The position numbers and the translations under genes were made by a program. From Arcobacteraceae bacterium (GTDB taxonomy: Bacteria; Campylobacterota; Campylobacteria; Campylobacterales; Arcobacteraceae), in the NCBI GenBank assembly GCA_963662945.1, contig OY759974.1:1056001-1120000 (forward strand): a stretch of 64,000 nucleotides of DNA, read 5' to 3'. A model generated the notes under the pieces. That model was not told the origin of the DNA. It was given only the letters and a program-made list of their open reading frames with translations, and did not search any database. Shown in pieces: positions 27,988-38,517 of the stretch (the first letter of the stretch is position 1; the number at the start of each line of letters is the position of its first letter).

Positions 27988-29037
27988 CTATTTACCCATT
28001 TGTGCAGCTACTTCTGCTGCGAAATCTTCTTCTTTTTTCTCAATTCCATCACCAAGTTCAAATCTTACATATTCTACGATTTTAATTGATGCATCACATT
28101 CTTTTATAGCTTCTTCTACAGTTTTAGAATCATCCATAACATAAGTTTGACTTAATAATGCGTGTGTTTTATCTAATTGAGTATTATCTTCAATCCATCT
28201 AGCTACTTTACCAACTAAAATATTGTCAATAATTTTTTCAGGTTTCCCTTCAGCTATTAATTCTTCTTTCATTTTAGCTCGTGCAGCTTCAATTGCTTCT
28301 TCTGTTAATTGAACTCTTGAAACATACTCTGGAATGTTTTTTAATGGTTTTCCAAGTCTTACATACTCTTCATTTAATTTTTCAATATCTGCAATAATTG
28401 CTTTATTTTCTGATTCAATAAAATCAGCATCTAAATCTTGGTAAGAGATAACTGTTGGTTTCATAGAAGCAGCATGCATTGCAATTTTCTTTAATAAATC
28501 AATTGTTTTTTCTTTTGCAGAAGCGTCACAAGTTGCTGAAAGTAAAACACCAACTTTTCCTAAATGTACATAACCATTTACTACACCATTATCAGTCGAA
28601 ATAGTTACCATTTTTCTTGCAACAAGATTTTCACCAATAGTAGCAATATTTGAATTTAAGTATTCTTCGAAATTAACACCATTAATTTCTGTTTTATTTA
28701 ACTCTTCAGTACAAGTTACACCTGTAGTTTGTACGTGTGCTGTAATTGCATCTTTAAGTGCTAAAAAGTTTGCATTTTTAGCAACAAAGTCAGTTTGAGA
28801 GTTAATCTCTGTCATTGTAGCTTTTGTATAGTCATCATTTACTAAAATAGATACTAAACCTTCAGCTGCAACATTTGAAGATTTTTTAGCAGCTTTAGAA
28901 AGTCCAGCTTCTCTTAAAAACTTCATAGCTTCGTCAAGATCACCATTACATTCATTTAAAGCATTTTTACAATCAAGCATTCCTGCACCAGATTTTTCTC
29001 TAAGTTCTTTAATTAATTTTGGTGTTGCTCCTGCCAT
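27988..29037 (-). CDS. tsf: Elongation factor Ts
   Basis: KELREKSGAGMLDCK, AAEG, TDFVAKN and EDFAAEV. Confidence 0.98.
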   Translation of the reverse strand: MAGATPKLIKELREKSGAGMLDCKNALNECNGDLDEAMKFLREAGLSKAAKKSSNVAAEGLVSILVNDDYTKATMTEINSQTDFVAKNANFLALKDAITAHVQTTGVTCTEELNKTEINGVNFEEYLNSNIATIGENLVARKMVTISTDNGVVNGYVHLGKVGVLLSATCDASAKEKTIDLLKKIAMHAASMKPTVISYQDLDADFIESENKAIIADIEKLNEEYVRLGKPLKNIPEYVSRVQLTEEAIEAARAKMKEELIAEGKPEKIIDNILVGKVARWIEDNTQLDKTHALLSQTYVMDDSKTVEEAIKECDASIKIVEYVRFELGDGIEKKEEDFAAEVAAQMGK

Positions 29038-29039
29038 AA

Positions 29040-29837
29040 TTATTTTTCCTCTTCCATTGCAAATTCTTCAGAAAAATCTTCAGCTTCTGCTGCTACTTCT
29101 TCTTTAACTTCTGACATTTCTGCTTCTGTTACTGGTGACTCTTCACCATTAGCTTCAGCGTAAGCTGCTCTACCTTCGTTCATAGCTGCTGCAAATTCTG
29201 TACAGAATAATTGTACTGATCTAATTGCATCATCATTTCCTGGGATTGGGAAATCAACTAAATCTGGATCACAGTTTGTATCTAATGGAGCGAATACTTT
29301 AATTCCAAGTCTTCTAGCTTCTAAAATAGCAATTTTTTCTTTAACAGCATCAATAACAAACATCATATCTGGAAGTTGTTTCATATCTTTGATACCACCA
29401 AGGTAATCTTCTAGTTTTTTCTCTTTTCTAGTAAGCATTAAAGCTTCTTTTTTAGTTAAAAGATCAAGTTGACCTTCTTCTCTCATTTTTTTGATAATTT
29501 CAAGTTTTCTAATTGATTTTTTCATTGTTGGGTAGTTTGTTAACATACCACCTAACCATCTGTGGTTTACGTATGGCATACCACAAGATTCTGCTGCATC
29601 TTTAATAGCTTGAGTTGCTTGTTTTTTAGTACCTACGAAAATCATTGTTTGACCTTCAGCTGCCATATCTCTAACAACAGTATATGTGTATCTGAAGTAT
29701 CTTAATGTTTTTTGTAAGTCAATAATATAAATATTTTTTCTTACACCGAAAATGAATTTTTTCATTTTTGGATTCCATCTTCTTGTTTGGTGACCGAAAT
29801 GTACACCACACTCTAATAAGTCTTTCATTGTAACCAT
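29040..29837 (-). CDS. rpsB: 30S ribosomal protein S2
   Basis: [26 protein letters not shown] and [15 protein letters not shown] before ATG 29837. Confidence 0.98.
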   Translation of the reverse strand: MVTMKDLLECGVHFGHQTRRWNPKMKKFIFGVRKNIYIIDLQKTLRYFRYTYTVVRDMAAEGQTMIFVGTKKQATQAIKDAAESCGMPYVNHRWLGGMLTNYPTMKKSIRKLEIIKKMREEGQLDLLTKKEALMLTRKEKKLEDYLGGIKDMKQLPDMMFVIDAVKEKIAILEARRLGIKVFAPLDTNCDPDLVDFPIPGNDDAIRSVQLFCTEFAAAMNEGRAAYAEANGEESPVTEAEMSEVKEEVAAEAEDFSEEFAMEEEK

Positions 29838-29876
29838 AGTTTTGTTCCTTCTTTTGCCATTTTGGCGGATTATTTT

Positions 29877-29949
29877 AGGGGTTTTGTCCTCTGTAGTCAT
29901 TCACATCAATATTTTGATGCAACCCTTTTAAAGAATTACTACATGTGAG
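29877..29949 (-). ncRNA. rpsB leader (t44/S2 autoregulatory element)
   Basis: Minus strand reads CACA-TGTAGT...GGGTTGC...ACTACA-GAGG...AAAACCCC in the long rpsB 5' UTR, matching the recalled t44 layout. Confidence 0.7.
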
Positions 29950-30021
29950 ATTTCACGGTAATTCAAACAAAATTTGAATTAAAGGATTGCGATTTTATCT
30001 AAATAAACTTTAAACTACTCT

Positions 30022-30732
30022 TTAAAGAACTTTAAAAGCTTCTTCTAAATCCAAAGTTCCTTCATAAAATGCTTTTCCAACAATTACACCAGCAATATTT
30101 CCATTTGCTTTACATGATGTAATATCGTTGATATCTTTCACTCCACCTGATGCTATTGTATCAACTCCACTAGCTTTTGCAATTGATTCTGTAAACTCTA
30201 CATTTACACCACAAAGCATCCCATCTTTAGAAATATCAGTACAAATAATGGCTTCTACTCCCGCATTTGCAAATTCACGTGCAAGATCTGTTGCTTTCAT
30301 TGTAGATACTTCTGCCCAACCCTCAACTGCAACCATTCCATTCATAGCATCAATACCAACAGCAATTGGATATTTAGCTGCCATATCTTTTACAAACTGT
30401 GGATTTTTTACAGCGATACTTCCAAGAATCAGTCTATCAACACCAAGTTCCACATACATCTTGATAGTCTCTTCATCTCGAATACCACCACCAAGTTCAA
30501 TTTTTAGATTACAGTTTTCTCGTATTTTTTTAATCTGCTCTAAATTTGCTGGCTCCCCTGCAAAAGCACCATTTAAATCAACAATATGAAGCCACTTACT
30601 TCCAAGTTCTTCAAATCGCTTCGCAACCTGCCAAGGCTCATCACTATAAATCTTTGCACTTTCCATAAGTCCTTTACTAAGTCTTACAGCTTTCCCATCT
30701 TTTAAATCTATTGCTGGTAGTATATCCATCAT
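30022..30732 (-). CDS. hisA: ProFAR isomerase
   Basis: [26 protein letters not shown] and ASGGV. Confidence 0.96.
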   Translation of the reverse strand: MMDILPAIDLKDGKAVRLSKGLMESAKIYSDEPWQVAKRFEELGSKWLHIVDLNGAFAGEPANLEQIKKIRENCNLKIELGGGIRDEETIKMYVELGVDRLILGSIAVKNPQFVKDMAAKYPIAVGIDAMNGMVAVEGWAEVSTMKATDLAREFANAGVEAIICTDISKDGMLCGVNVEFTESIAKASGVDTIASGGVKDINDITSCKANGNIAGVIVGKAFYEGTLDLEEAFKVL

Positions 30733-30748
30733 TTCCTCTTTAGTATTT

Positions 30749-31357
30749 TTATAATTTCATAAAGTTTTTTAGTATTTGAATCCCATTATCATGAGATTTT
30801 TCTGGATGTGGTTGAAATCCATAAATATTATCCTTTTGTACTGCACTTACAAAATCATATCCATAGTGTGTAGTTCCTATAACATACTTCTCATCACAAA
30901 CAGCATGAAAAGAGTGTACAAAATATAAATATGGATTTTCTAATCCTTCAAAAAGTTTGTTTGGTTTATTGAATATTTTATTCCATCCTACATGTGGTAC
31001 TTTATGGTCATCCATATCCATTCTTGATTTATCAAATGCCACTACACGCCCAGGAATCAATCCTAAACCCTCAGTATTTCCAAACTCTTCACTGCTATCA
31101 AATAAAAGTTGCATACCTAAACAAATACCAATAATTGGTTTTCCACTTTTAGCAAACTCTTTTACAGCATCATACATACCTGTTGCTTTTAAATGTTCTA
31201 TTGCATCACCAAATGCTCCAACACCAGGAAGTATAACCCTATTAAAATCTTTTAATTTCGCTGGATCTTTTACAATTGTAGCATCGGCATCTATTAACCT
31301 ACATGCATTAAATACACTTGCTAAATTTCCCATATTATAATCAACTATTGCAACCAA
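30749..31357 (-). CDS. hisH: Imidazole glycerol phosphate synthase glutaminase subunit
   Basis: DYNMGNL, LPGVG, GICLGMQ, YFVHS and QPHPEKS. TTG start inferred at 31357. Confidence 0.95.
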   Translation of the reverse strand: MVAIVDYNMGNLASVFNACRLIDADATIVKDPAKLKDFNRVILPGVGAFGDAIEHLKATGMYDAVKEFAKSGKPIIGICLGMQLLFDSSEEFGNTEGLGLIPGRVVAFDKSRMDMDDHKVPHVGWNKIFNKPNKLFEGLENPYLYFVHSFHAVCDEKYVIGTTHYGYDFVSAVQKDNIYGFQPHPEKSHDNGIQILKNFMKL

Positions 31358-31549
31358 TATATCAACCTTATATTTTATTGTTGGGATTATACTATAAAAA
31401 TACATCGTATTTGGTTAAGTCAAATAAAGAAAATATATGCATAAATAACTTTAATACTTTCTTATAAATAGATTAAATTTAACTTAACTTGAAAAATTTC
31501 TGAATATTTTGTATAATTAGGTATAGAAAATTTAAAAAAGGAGGCCATC

Positions 31550-31843
31550 ATGACTATAAATTTAACACCTGCCATTCAAAACCAAATTTATATGGATAAA
31601 AAAGATGGTTATCTTATCAATATGGTTGATAAATTAACTCCTAAAGTTGATTATGAACCTAAAGAAAAAACAGCGGAGAAGGATGATGAAAAAAAATCTT
31701 ATGAGAAAAAGGAACCTTTCTTTAAAGATAGTGATTTTGGATTTAATTCATACATGACAAAAAAATCTCTTAATAAATCATTTTCAACACAAGGTTTTTT
31801 TGATACATTAGGTTCTGGTGGGAATGTAAAAAAGGCTAGTTAG
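31550..31843 (+). CDS. Hypothetical protein
   Basis: Strong AGGAGG SD, upstream TTGAAA...TATAAT promoter-like sequence, 97 aa. Confidence 0.7.
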   Translation: MTINLTPAIQNQIYMDKKDGYLINMVDKLTPKVDYEPKEKTAEKDDEKKSYEKKEPFFKDSDFGFNSYMTKKSLNKSFSTQGFFDTLGSGGNVKKAS

Positions 31844-32414
31844 CAGTTTTAGCATCACTTAAAGTAAGTGCAAAGAGTACTTCACAACCATTTTTTTCTA
31901 AACATTCTTTTGCCTCTAAAATAGTAAGTCCTGTTGTAACTAAATCATCTACTAAAATAACTTGAATATTATGTTTTCCATTATAAACAAATTTTCGTTT
32001 ATTTTTTCTCCTAAATTCTAAATCTTTTCCTGCATATTTAATCCTGTTTGTAGCTTTTAGTGTATTAAATATAGGTTGGATAAAATCTGATTCTAGTGAC
32101 TTAGTTAAGATGGCTGTTTGTGAAAACTGATGTAAAGTATGATCATCTATAGGTATAGCAAAGACCTTATCTGTAAATGTAAAATTTGTAGTAAACTTTT
32201 GTAATGATAAGTGGGAAAGAATTTTGAAAATTCTATCTCCATAAAACTGATATTTTGTATTTATAAATTCTTTTATCTCTTCAAAGTTATAAAAGCTATA
32301 CACATAAAAATCTTTTTCTAATTCACGTTTATAAAAAGATGCTTTTAAAAAGTTTTCTTGACAATCTTTACATATAGCTTGTAATGATAAAGATTGACAA
32401 GTAAAACACCTCAT
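31836..32414 (-). CDS. comF: ComF family phosphoribosyltransferase-like protein
   Basis: CxxC...CxxC N-terminus and ILVDDLVTTGLT. Confidence 0.9.
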   Translation of the reverse strand: MRCFTCQSLSLQAICKDCQENFLKASFYKRELEKDFYVYSFYNFEEIKEFINTKYQFYGDRIFKILSHLSLQKFTTNFTFTDKVFAIPIDDHTLHQFSQTAILTKSLESDFIQPIFNTLKATNRIKYAGKDLEFRRKNKRKFVYNGKHNIQVILVDDLVTTGLTILEAKECLEKNGCEVLFALTLSDAKTAN

Positions 32415-32419
32415 ACTTT

Positions 32420-34117
32420 TTAAACAGCTTTTGAATTATCCATTAATACTGGTATAAATATGAGTGAAACTACTACTGCTGCAACTGTTCCAGATATTAA
32501 AGCAACACCAAGTCCACCAAATACAGGATCAGATGCAAGAAGTGCTGAACCTAAAATAATAGCAATAGCTGTCAATAAAATTGGTTTTGCTCTTGTCGCA
32601 CTTGCTATTGCAATTGCTCTTTTCTTCTCAATACCTTTCTCTTCCATTAGTGATTTTGCAAAATCTATTAATAAAAGAGAATTTCTTGAACTTATTCCCA
32701 TTAAAGCAATAAATCCTATCAATGAAGTTGCTGTTAAAAAGAAAGTTTCACGAGTAACCAAATCAGCAACAAAATGTCCAACAATAACTCCAATAATAGA
32801 TAAAAAACTTCCACCTAAAATAATTCCACTAATTGCAAATGATTTATAATATACAACTAAAAGTAAAAATATCAAAATAAGTGCCGCTATAAATGCAGCC
32901 CCCAAATCTCTAAATGTATCAAGGGTAACTTTCATCTCTCCATCCCATCGTAAAAGATATTGTTCACCGGTATTTTTATCTTTTAAATGTAAATCAAACA
33001 TATATGTACTCATACCGGGTTCTTTAGTTACTTCATAATCATTACTAAACTGTTCAATCATCTTCTCTCTAGCATCAAGAAGTGGATAGACTTGACTTAC
33101 CATTTTTGTTTCAGCTAAAACATTTACCATAGTTTTTAAATTTTTATGAAAAATTGTAGGATTTGAAAAACCTCTCTCTATATTAACAACTTCCGTTAAA
33201 GGTATCATTGCCCCTTTGTTATTCATTAGACTTAAAGAACTTAATTTATTTTGTAAATATTCTTTTTCATTTTTATCTACTTTTTGTGTTTCTTCACTTA
33301 ACACTACAAAAATACCTATTTGATCATTATTAGTAATTGTATTTTTTACACCTGTAACCATACCTTCAAATGCCAAATAGAGTATTTTATTTACTTGATC
33401 TACTGTTAGTCCAGCCCTTGCAATTTTATCTGTTAATGGTACAAGTTCATATTTTTTATAAACCTCATCACTCATAACATCTACATCAACTAAACCATCT
33501 GTTTGACTTAAAACTTGAGCCACTTTTTTTGATAAATCTACCACTTTAGTATTATTATCTCCATAAACTTCTACAACTATTGAAGCCAATGTTGGAGGAC
33601 CTGCTGGCATCTCTATTAGTTTAATATTTGTATCTTTGTAAAGAGTTGCACACTCATTTTGTAAAATAGGTCTTAACCTAGTAACCATATTAAAAGATTT
33701 TTCATCCCTTTCATGTTTATCTGTTAAATTTACAACTATTTCACTATACTCTTCACCCTGCTTCATACCACTCCCTTTTACAAGACCGGCATAATCAAGA
33801 GGTGAACCTTGGGCTAAATAAAGTTCTAAATCTGTTACTGCTTCCTCTTTTTGAAGAATATTAATTACACATTGGGATACCTCTTTTGTTTGTTCTACTG
33901 AACTCCCTGTTGGTGTGTCAATATAGATTGAAAATGTATTTGTACTTTTCCCTGGTAACATCTTTGCTAATACTAATTTGGTAGGTAACATCATAAGAGA
34001 AGCCACTAAAGCCCCCATAACTATGAGTATAACCATCAATTTTTTTGACTTGTCTACTAAAATATTATGAATAAACTCTTCAAATTTTGTCGTTACATGT
34101 GTATTATGATTATCCAT
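32420..34117 (-). CDS. RND permease, C-terminal half (split gene)
   Basis: PAGPPT, DGEMKVT, SLIGFIALMGISSRNSLLLIDF and TRAKPILLT. Has its own SD and ATG at 34117. Confidence 0.85.
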   Translation of the reverse strand: MDNHNTHVTTKFEEFIHNILVDKSKKLMVILIVMGALVASLMMLPTKLVLAKMLPGKSTNTFSIYIDTPTGSSVEQTKEVSQCVINILQKEEAVTDLELYLAQGSPLDYAGLVKGSGMKQGEEYSEIVVNLTDKHERDEKSFNMVTRLRPILQNECATLYKDTNIKLIEMPAGPPTLASIVVEVYGDNNTKVVDLSKKVAQVLSQTDGLVDVDVMSDEVYKKYELVPLTDKIARAGLTVDQVNKILYLAFEGMVTGVKNTITNNDQIGIFVVLSEETQKVDKNEKEYLQNKLSSLSLMNNKGAMIPLTEVVNIERGFSNPTIFHKNLKTMVNVLAETKMVSQVYPLLDAREKMIEQFSNDYEVTKEPGMSTYMFDLHLKDKNTGEQYLLRWDGEMKVTLDTFRDLGAAFIAALILIFLLLVVYYKSFAISGIILGGSFLSIIGVIVGHFVADLVTRETFFLTATSLIGFIALMGISSRNSLLLIDFAKSLMEEKGIEKKRAIAIASATRAKPILLTAIAIILGSALLASDPVFGGLGVALISGTVAAVVVSLIFIPVLMDNSKAV

Positions 34118-34118
34118 T

Positions 34119-35723
34119 TTAGTTGCCTTTATCCATATGATGATGTGCACCATCGTCATTTTTCTTAATCAATTTTTTACTTAAATATGGTGTAAAAATA
34201 TATGCTATTACTAATGAAGCTAGTAATGCAACTGGAACATTGTAAGGAATTGGCTTCATAAATTCACCCATCATCCCTCCAACAAAAGCCATAGGTACCA
34301 TTGTAAGAATAATTGCTAAAGTTGCAACATTTGTAGGTGCTCCAATCTCATCTGTTGCTTTTACTAATAACTCATCCATATCTTTAAACTCACTATTATG
34401 GTCATGGAGATGTCTATGAATATTTTCGATTACGATAATTGCCGCATCCACAAGTAATCCAAGGGAGAGTAAAAATGCAAAAAGTGTGATACGGTTAATT
34501 GTCTGATCACTTAAATAAGCAACAAAAAGAGTTACTGCAAGAATTGCTGGAACTGTAAAAGTTACTATTAAAGATTCTTTCCAACCAAGGAAGAATATAA
34601 GCATAACAGCTATTATTATAATAGTAATAACCAAATGATGTACTAGCTCATTTACAGCCTCATTTGCTCTTTTCCCATAATTTCTTGTAATTGTATATCC
34701 AATACCTTGACTTTGTAATTCCTCTTTATGCTCTTCAAGTAAAGCTACCACATCATCTGCTACAAAAACTGCATTTGTTCCACCAAGTTTTGCTACAGTT
34801 AAAGTAACTTGATCATAACTTTTTAAACCATTATCTTCTTTTAAAACGATTGATGCACTTTGTTTATTTTGATTATCAAAACTATCTTTTACAGTTGCAA
34901 CATCTTTTAAATATATTGGACTTCCCATGTATTGAGCTACTATTATATTTTGTACATCTTGGATACTATCAATTGCATTTTTTACACCAAATACAACTAA
35001 TTCATTAGTTGCTGTTTTTGATTTTACATCAGGGACATTAATTGTTAAAGATTTAATAGCTTGTACAATTTGACCTAATGAAAGATGATAACCTTTAAGT
35101 TTTGCTAAATCAACTTCTACATTATACTGTTCTTTTTTAGCACCTTTAAGTTGTGTTTTTGATACACTATCTATCTCACTTATTTTATGTTTTAAATCTT
35201 GAATAGTTTTTACAAAAGTATTGTAATCAATAGTTTTATTTTTTTGATAAAAAGCAATATTCACTATTGGGATATCAATATCTATATCAAATGGTTTTAC
35301 CAATGGCTGCATTACCTCTTTTGGAAGTTGATCCATATTTTGCATCACTTTATCATAAAGTTTTAGATTTGATACTTCTCTATTTTGCCCTATATAGTAC
35401 ATAACATTTACAATAGCCACACTATTTGAACTCATAGAATAAATATGTTCAACACCTTTTATCTCACGAAGACGCTGTTCAAGTGGTTCAACTATCACTT
35501 TCTCTATTTGTTTAGGACTAAGACCAGGGGCTGGGATAATAATACTTCCACCACTAATTGCAATTTGGGGATCTTCCTCTCTTGGCATAATCTCTAAAGA
35601 AAGGTAACCAATAGAGAGTAAAAAGATTGCCAATACAGAAGTTAATGGACTATATAAAAAAGCTTTTGCTAACTTTCCTGCATAATCTTTCACACTTATA
35701 TGTGATAAGTTTTTCTCTTCCAT
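34119..35723 (-). CDS. RND permease, N-terminal half (split gene)
   Basis: PREEDPQI, VEPLE, LGLLVDAAIIVIENIHR and EFMKPIP. Confidence 0.9.
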   Translation of the reverse strand: MEEKNLSHISVKDYAGKLAKAFLYSPLTSVLAIFLLSIGYLSLEIMPREEDPQIAISGGSIIIPAPGLSPKQIEKVIVEPLEQRLREIKGVEHIYSMSSNSVAIVNVMYYIGQNREVSNLKLYDKVMQNMDQLPKEVMQPLVKPFDIDIDIPIVNIAFYQKNKTIDYNTFVKTIQDLKHKISEIDSVSKTQLKGAKKEQYNVEVDLAKLKGYHLSLGQIVQAIKSLTINVPDVKSKTATNELVVFGVKNAIDSIQDVQNIIVAQYMGSPIYLKDVATVKDSFDNQNKQSASIVLKEDNGLKSYDQVTLTVAKLGGTNAVFVADDVVALLEEHKEELQSQGIGYTITRNYGKRANEAVNELVHHLVITIIIIAVMLIFFLGWKESLIVTFTVPAILAVTLFVAYLSDQTINRITLFAFLLSLGLLVDAAIIVIENIHRHLHDHNSEFKDMDELLVKATDEIGAPTNVATLAIILTMVPMAFVGGMMGEFMKPIPYNVPVALLASLVIAYIFTPYLSKKLIKKNDDGAHHHMDKGN

Positions 35724-36478
35724 TATTTAGCCTCTATAAAAACTTTTGCATACATTCCAGGATATACTTTTGGATTTGGAGTAAATGAAACTTTTATCAT
35801 AAATGTATGTGTCATAGGATTTGAACTTGGAATTATAGATTCTATTTTACCTTTTGTTTCATAATTTAAAGAAGGAATTACTACATTTACTTCATCTTTT
35901 AATTTGACTTTATATAAATCACTCTCTGCAATTTCAGCAGTAATTTTTAAACTACTTAAATCCGTAAGTACGAGTGCTGGCATACCTGGTATTGCCATCT
36001 CACCAGCTTTAATGTTTTTTCTTATTACAACTCCATCATTTGGAGCTTTTATTGTAAGATATTGGTATTGATTTTCTACCTCTTTTACTTGTGCTTTACT
36101 TACAGTTACCATATCTTCAAGATTTTTTGTTCCAAGTTCTAATTGTTCAACTTCAAATTTTGATACTAATCCTTTCTCAAATAATCTTTTATATCTTTCA
36201 TAATTTCTTTTCATAGTTTGATATTGATTTTCATACATTTGAACACCCATTAGTGCTTGTTGTTTTTTACTATCAATTTCTGTTGAATCTATAGCATAAA
36301 GAATTTGTCCTTTTTTTACCATACTCCCTTCACTCACATTGACACTTTTTATAAATCCCATAAATCTACTTGTAATAAATTTTTCATTATCTGAGATAAC
36401 AGTTGAACTTAATTCTATTGTTTGTCCAAAAGATATATTTACTAAAATAAATAGTGCTATTAAACTTTTTTTTATCAT
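35723..36478 (-). CDS. RND periplasmic adaptor (MFP)
   Basis: VSEGSMVKKGQ, IKAPNDGVV and YPGMYA. Confidence 0.92.
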   Translation of the reverse strand: MIKKSLIALFILVNISFGQTIELSSTVISDNEKFITSRFMGFIKSVNVSEGSMVKKGQILYAIDSTEIDSKKQQALMGVQMYENQYQTMKRNYERYKRLFEKGLVSKFEVEQLELGTKNLEDMVTVSKAQVKEVENQYQYLTIKAPNDGVVIRKNIKAGEMAIPGMPALVLTDLSSLKITAEIAESDLYKVKLKDEVNVVIPSLNYETKGKIESIIPSSNPMTHTFMIKVSFTPNPKVYPGMYAKVFIEAK

Positions 36479-37857
36479 TTTAAACTCTCCCCTAAAGATA
36501 TTTTTAATTTAGCTGCTGCTAATGATTTTTCATATTTTGCCATAATTGTTTCGGCACTTGCTTTTTGTTGATTTGCTTGTTGCATAAGTAAATTACTCAT
36601 ATTTATCAAATGATTTTTATACATTTGAGAAGATTGTTCTAATACTTCATCTGAAAGTTTTTGTGCTTTTATTTTTTGATTTAATACTTTTTCTTTTGCT
36701 TTGAGTGTTAAAATATTTTTTTCAACTTCAAGTTTAATCCCATCTTTCATATATTCAAAATTATTTACAATTTGATTATATTCTATCTTGGCTTTTTGTG
36801 ATTTTTTACTTGTCACACCACCATCAAAAAGTGTATATGAGATACCAATTGCTCCTAAATAATAATCTTTGTCTTCAATATCACTTGTTTTTAAAGTATT
36901 ATCGTTATACCCATATTCTGCTTGTATTCCAATAGTTGGATATTTTGCCGAACTATCAAAATCTATTTTTGATTTTAATGTTTGTGTATTATATTTCATC
37001 CATTGATAATCATCTCTATTTTCATAAATAGTCTCTTGTAATGCTGTTATTGTTATTGTATCAATATCAATTACTTTAAAATCTGCAACATTGCTAATAG
37101 TGTCATCTGAAGTTAAAAATCGTAAATATGCAATTGCTAACTCAAATCTATTTTCCGCTTCTATTTTTTGAGCCTCAACACCCATATCATAAACTTTAGC
37201 TTGTTTAACATCTATATTTGTTACAAGACCTTCATTGTATAATTCACTTGCAAACTCTACAAAAGAATTTGTTGCTTCTTTTGCTTTTTGTGTTGCTTTA
37301 ATAAACTCTTTTGATGCTACTGCACCATTATAAGCTTTAATAACTTCTAATGCTAATGTTTTCTCATCATATAAGTATTTTGCTTTTTGTGCAAGTAATT
37401 GCAACTGTGCCATTTTTTTAGCACTATCAAGTTTAAATCCAGTAAATATAGGTGCTTGATAAACTACTTTTGTTTCATAATTTGTTCTGTATCCAGGATA
37501 ATTTAAATCAGTTGGTTGTGTTTTTAAAATTGCATCACCACCACCTGGCATACCAGACATTTGCCAATTTAAAAAATCTTTAAAACCAAAAGCACCAAAA
37601 TCAGCTTCTCTTGAAGCAAGTTTCATACCAAAAACATAACCTGCATTATTTGTTCTACTAATATTTTCATTAAAAACCAAATTACCATAGTTGTATCCTG
37701 ACGCTTCATCTACCGAAAGTTTAGCTTTTTCAATCTCTAATTTTTTTGCTTTTAAGCCTTTATTATTTTCAAGTGTCTTATCTAATGATTTATCAAAATC
37801 TATAGTATAAGCCTGTAAAAATATTGGAATAACTAATAATGTAAAAAATACTTTCAT
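36475..37857 (-). CDS. TolC family outer-membrane factor
   Basis: Signal peptide, APIFTGF, YTLFDGG, coiled-coil repeats and operon context. Confidence 0.9.
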   Translation of the reverse strand: MKVFFTLLVIPIFLQAYTIDFDKSLDKTLENNKGLKAKKLEIEKAKLSVDEASGYNYGNLVFNENISRTNNAGYVFGMKLASREADFGAFGFKDFLNWQMSGMPGGGDAILKTQPTDLNYPGYRTNYETKVVYQAPIFTGFKLDSAKKMAQLQLLAQKAKYLYDEKTLALEVIKAYNGAVASKEFIKATQKAKEATNSFVEFASELYNEGLVTNIDVKQAKVYDMGVEAQKIEAENRFELAIAYLRFLTSDDTISNVADFKVIDIDTITITALQETIYENRDDYQWMKYNTQTLKSKIDFDSSAKYPTIGIQAEYGYNDNTLKTSDIEDKDYYLGAIGISYTLFDGGVTSKKSQKAKIEYNQIVNNFEYMKDGIKLEVEKNILTLKAKEKVLNQKIKAQKLSDEVLEQSSQMYKNHLINMSNLLMQQANQQKASAETIMAKYEKSLAAAKLKISLGESLK

Positions 37858-38441
37858 TGTGTATCCTCTTTCTTTAATAATTGAGATAAATTATCAATAT
37901 ATTCTATAATTACTTGTTTTGATTTTCTTGCAATAAAAAAGCCATCTAGCGTAGCAAAAATACTTGGAATAAAATTAATAGCTTCTTCTTTTAATTCCCT
38001 GTTTTTAATACCATCTTGAATAATATCCATCAAAATTGTTGTATATTTTTCCATCATATTATTTTGATATTCGATTATTTCTAAACTTGGATTATTTAAT
38101 GTAATTGCTAGAAATTCTTTGTATATTGCACGTTGAGTTTGTACCACTGGTTCATCACTAATATATAATGAAAATAAATCTTTGATTTTCTCTTGTGTTG
38201 AATTACTTGCTTCAAGATTTTCTTTTAGTTTTGGATCATAATCTTCTTGTAAACAACTCATAAGTTCAAAAATTATATCTTCTTTATTGGTAAAGTATTC
38301 ATATATAGTACCTTTTCCAATACCTGCAACTTTTGCGATTTCACTAATGGAAATATTTACAAATCCTTTTGTAATAAATAAATCACAAGTAGACTTTGCA
38401 ATTGCTTTTCTTTTATTAAGTTTTTTCAATAATCTTGACAT
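37854..38441 (-). CDS. TetR/AcrR family regulator
   Basis: ISEIAKVAGIGKGTIYEYFTNKEDI. Confidence 0.95.
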   Translation of the reverse strand: MSRLLKKLNKRKAIAKSTCDLFITKGFVNISISEIAKVAGIGKGTIYEYFTNKEDIIFELMSCLQEDYDPKLKENLEASNSTQEKIKDLFSLYISDEPVVQTQRAIYKEFLAITLNNPSLEIIEYQNNMMEKYTTILMDIIQDGIKNRELKEEAINFIPSIFATLDGFFIARKSKQVIIEYIDNLSQLLKKEDTQ

Positions 38442-38454
38442 TTAATACCTTTTC

Positions 38455-38486
38455 TGACCAATGGTCAATTTTTTAATGGTATTATA
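38455..38486 (-). promoter_or_regulatory. -10 box and palindromic TetR operator candidate
   Basis: TATAAT at 38481-38486 (minus strand). TGACCA-A-TGGTCA at 38455-38467, just before the SD. Confidence 0.7.
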
Positions 38487-38517
38487 ATTTTTCTTAATAA
38501 TTTATAAATTTTAAATA

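Noticed and set aside
29838-29990. N-terminal extension of S2, or a novel riboswitch
   Set aside because: Explained by the known rpsB (t44-like) leader. The true start with an SD is at 29837.
34110-34160. Frameshift pseudogene or programmed frameshift in the RND permease
   Set aside because: The second half has its own SD and ATG, the break is at the domain junction, and no other lesions are visible.
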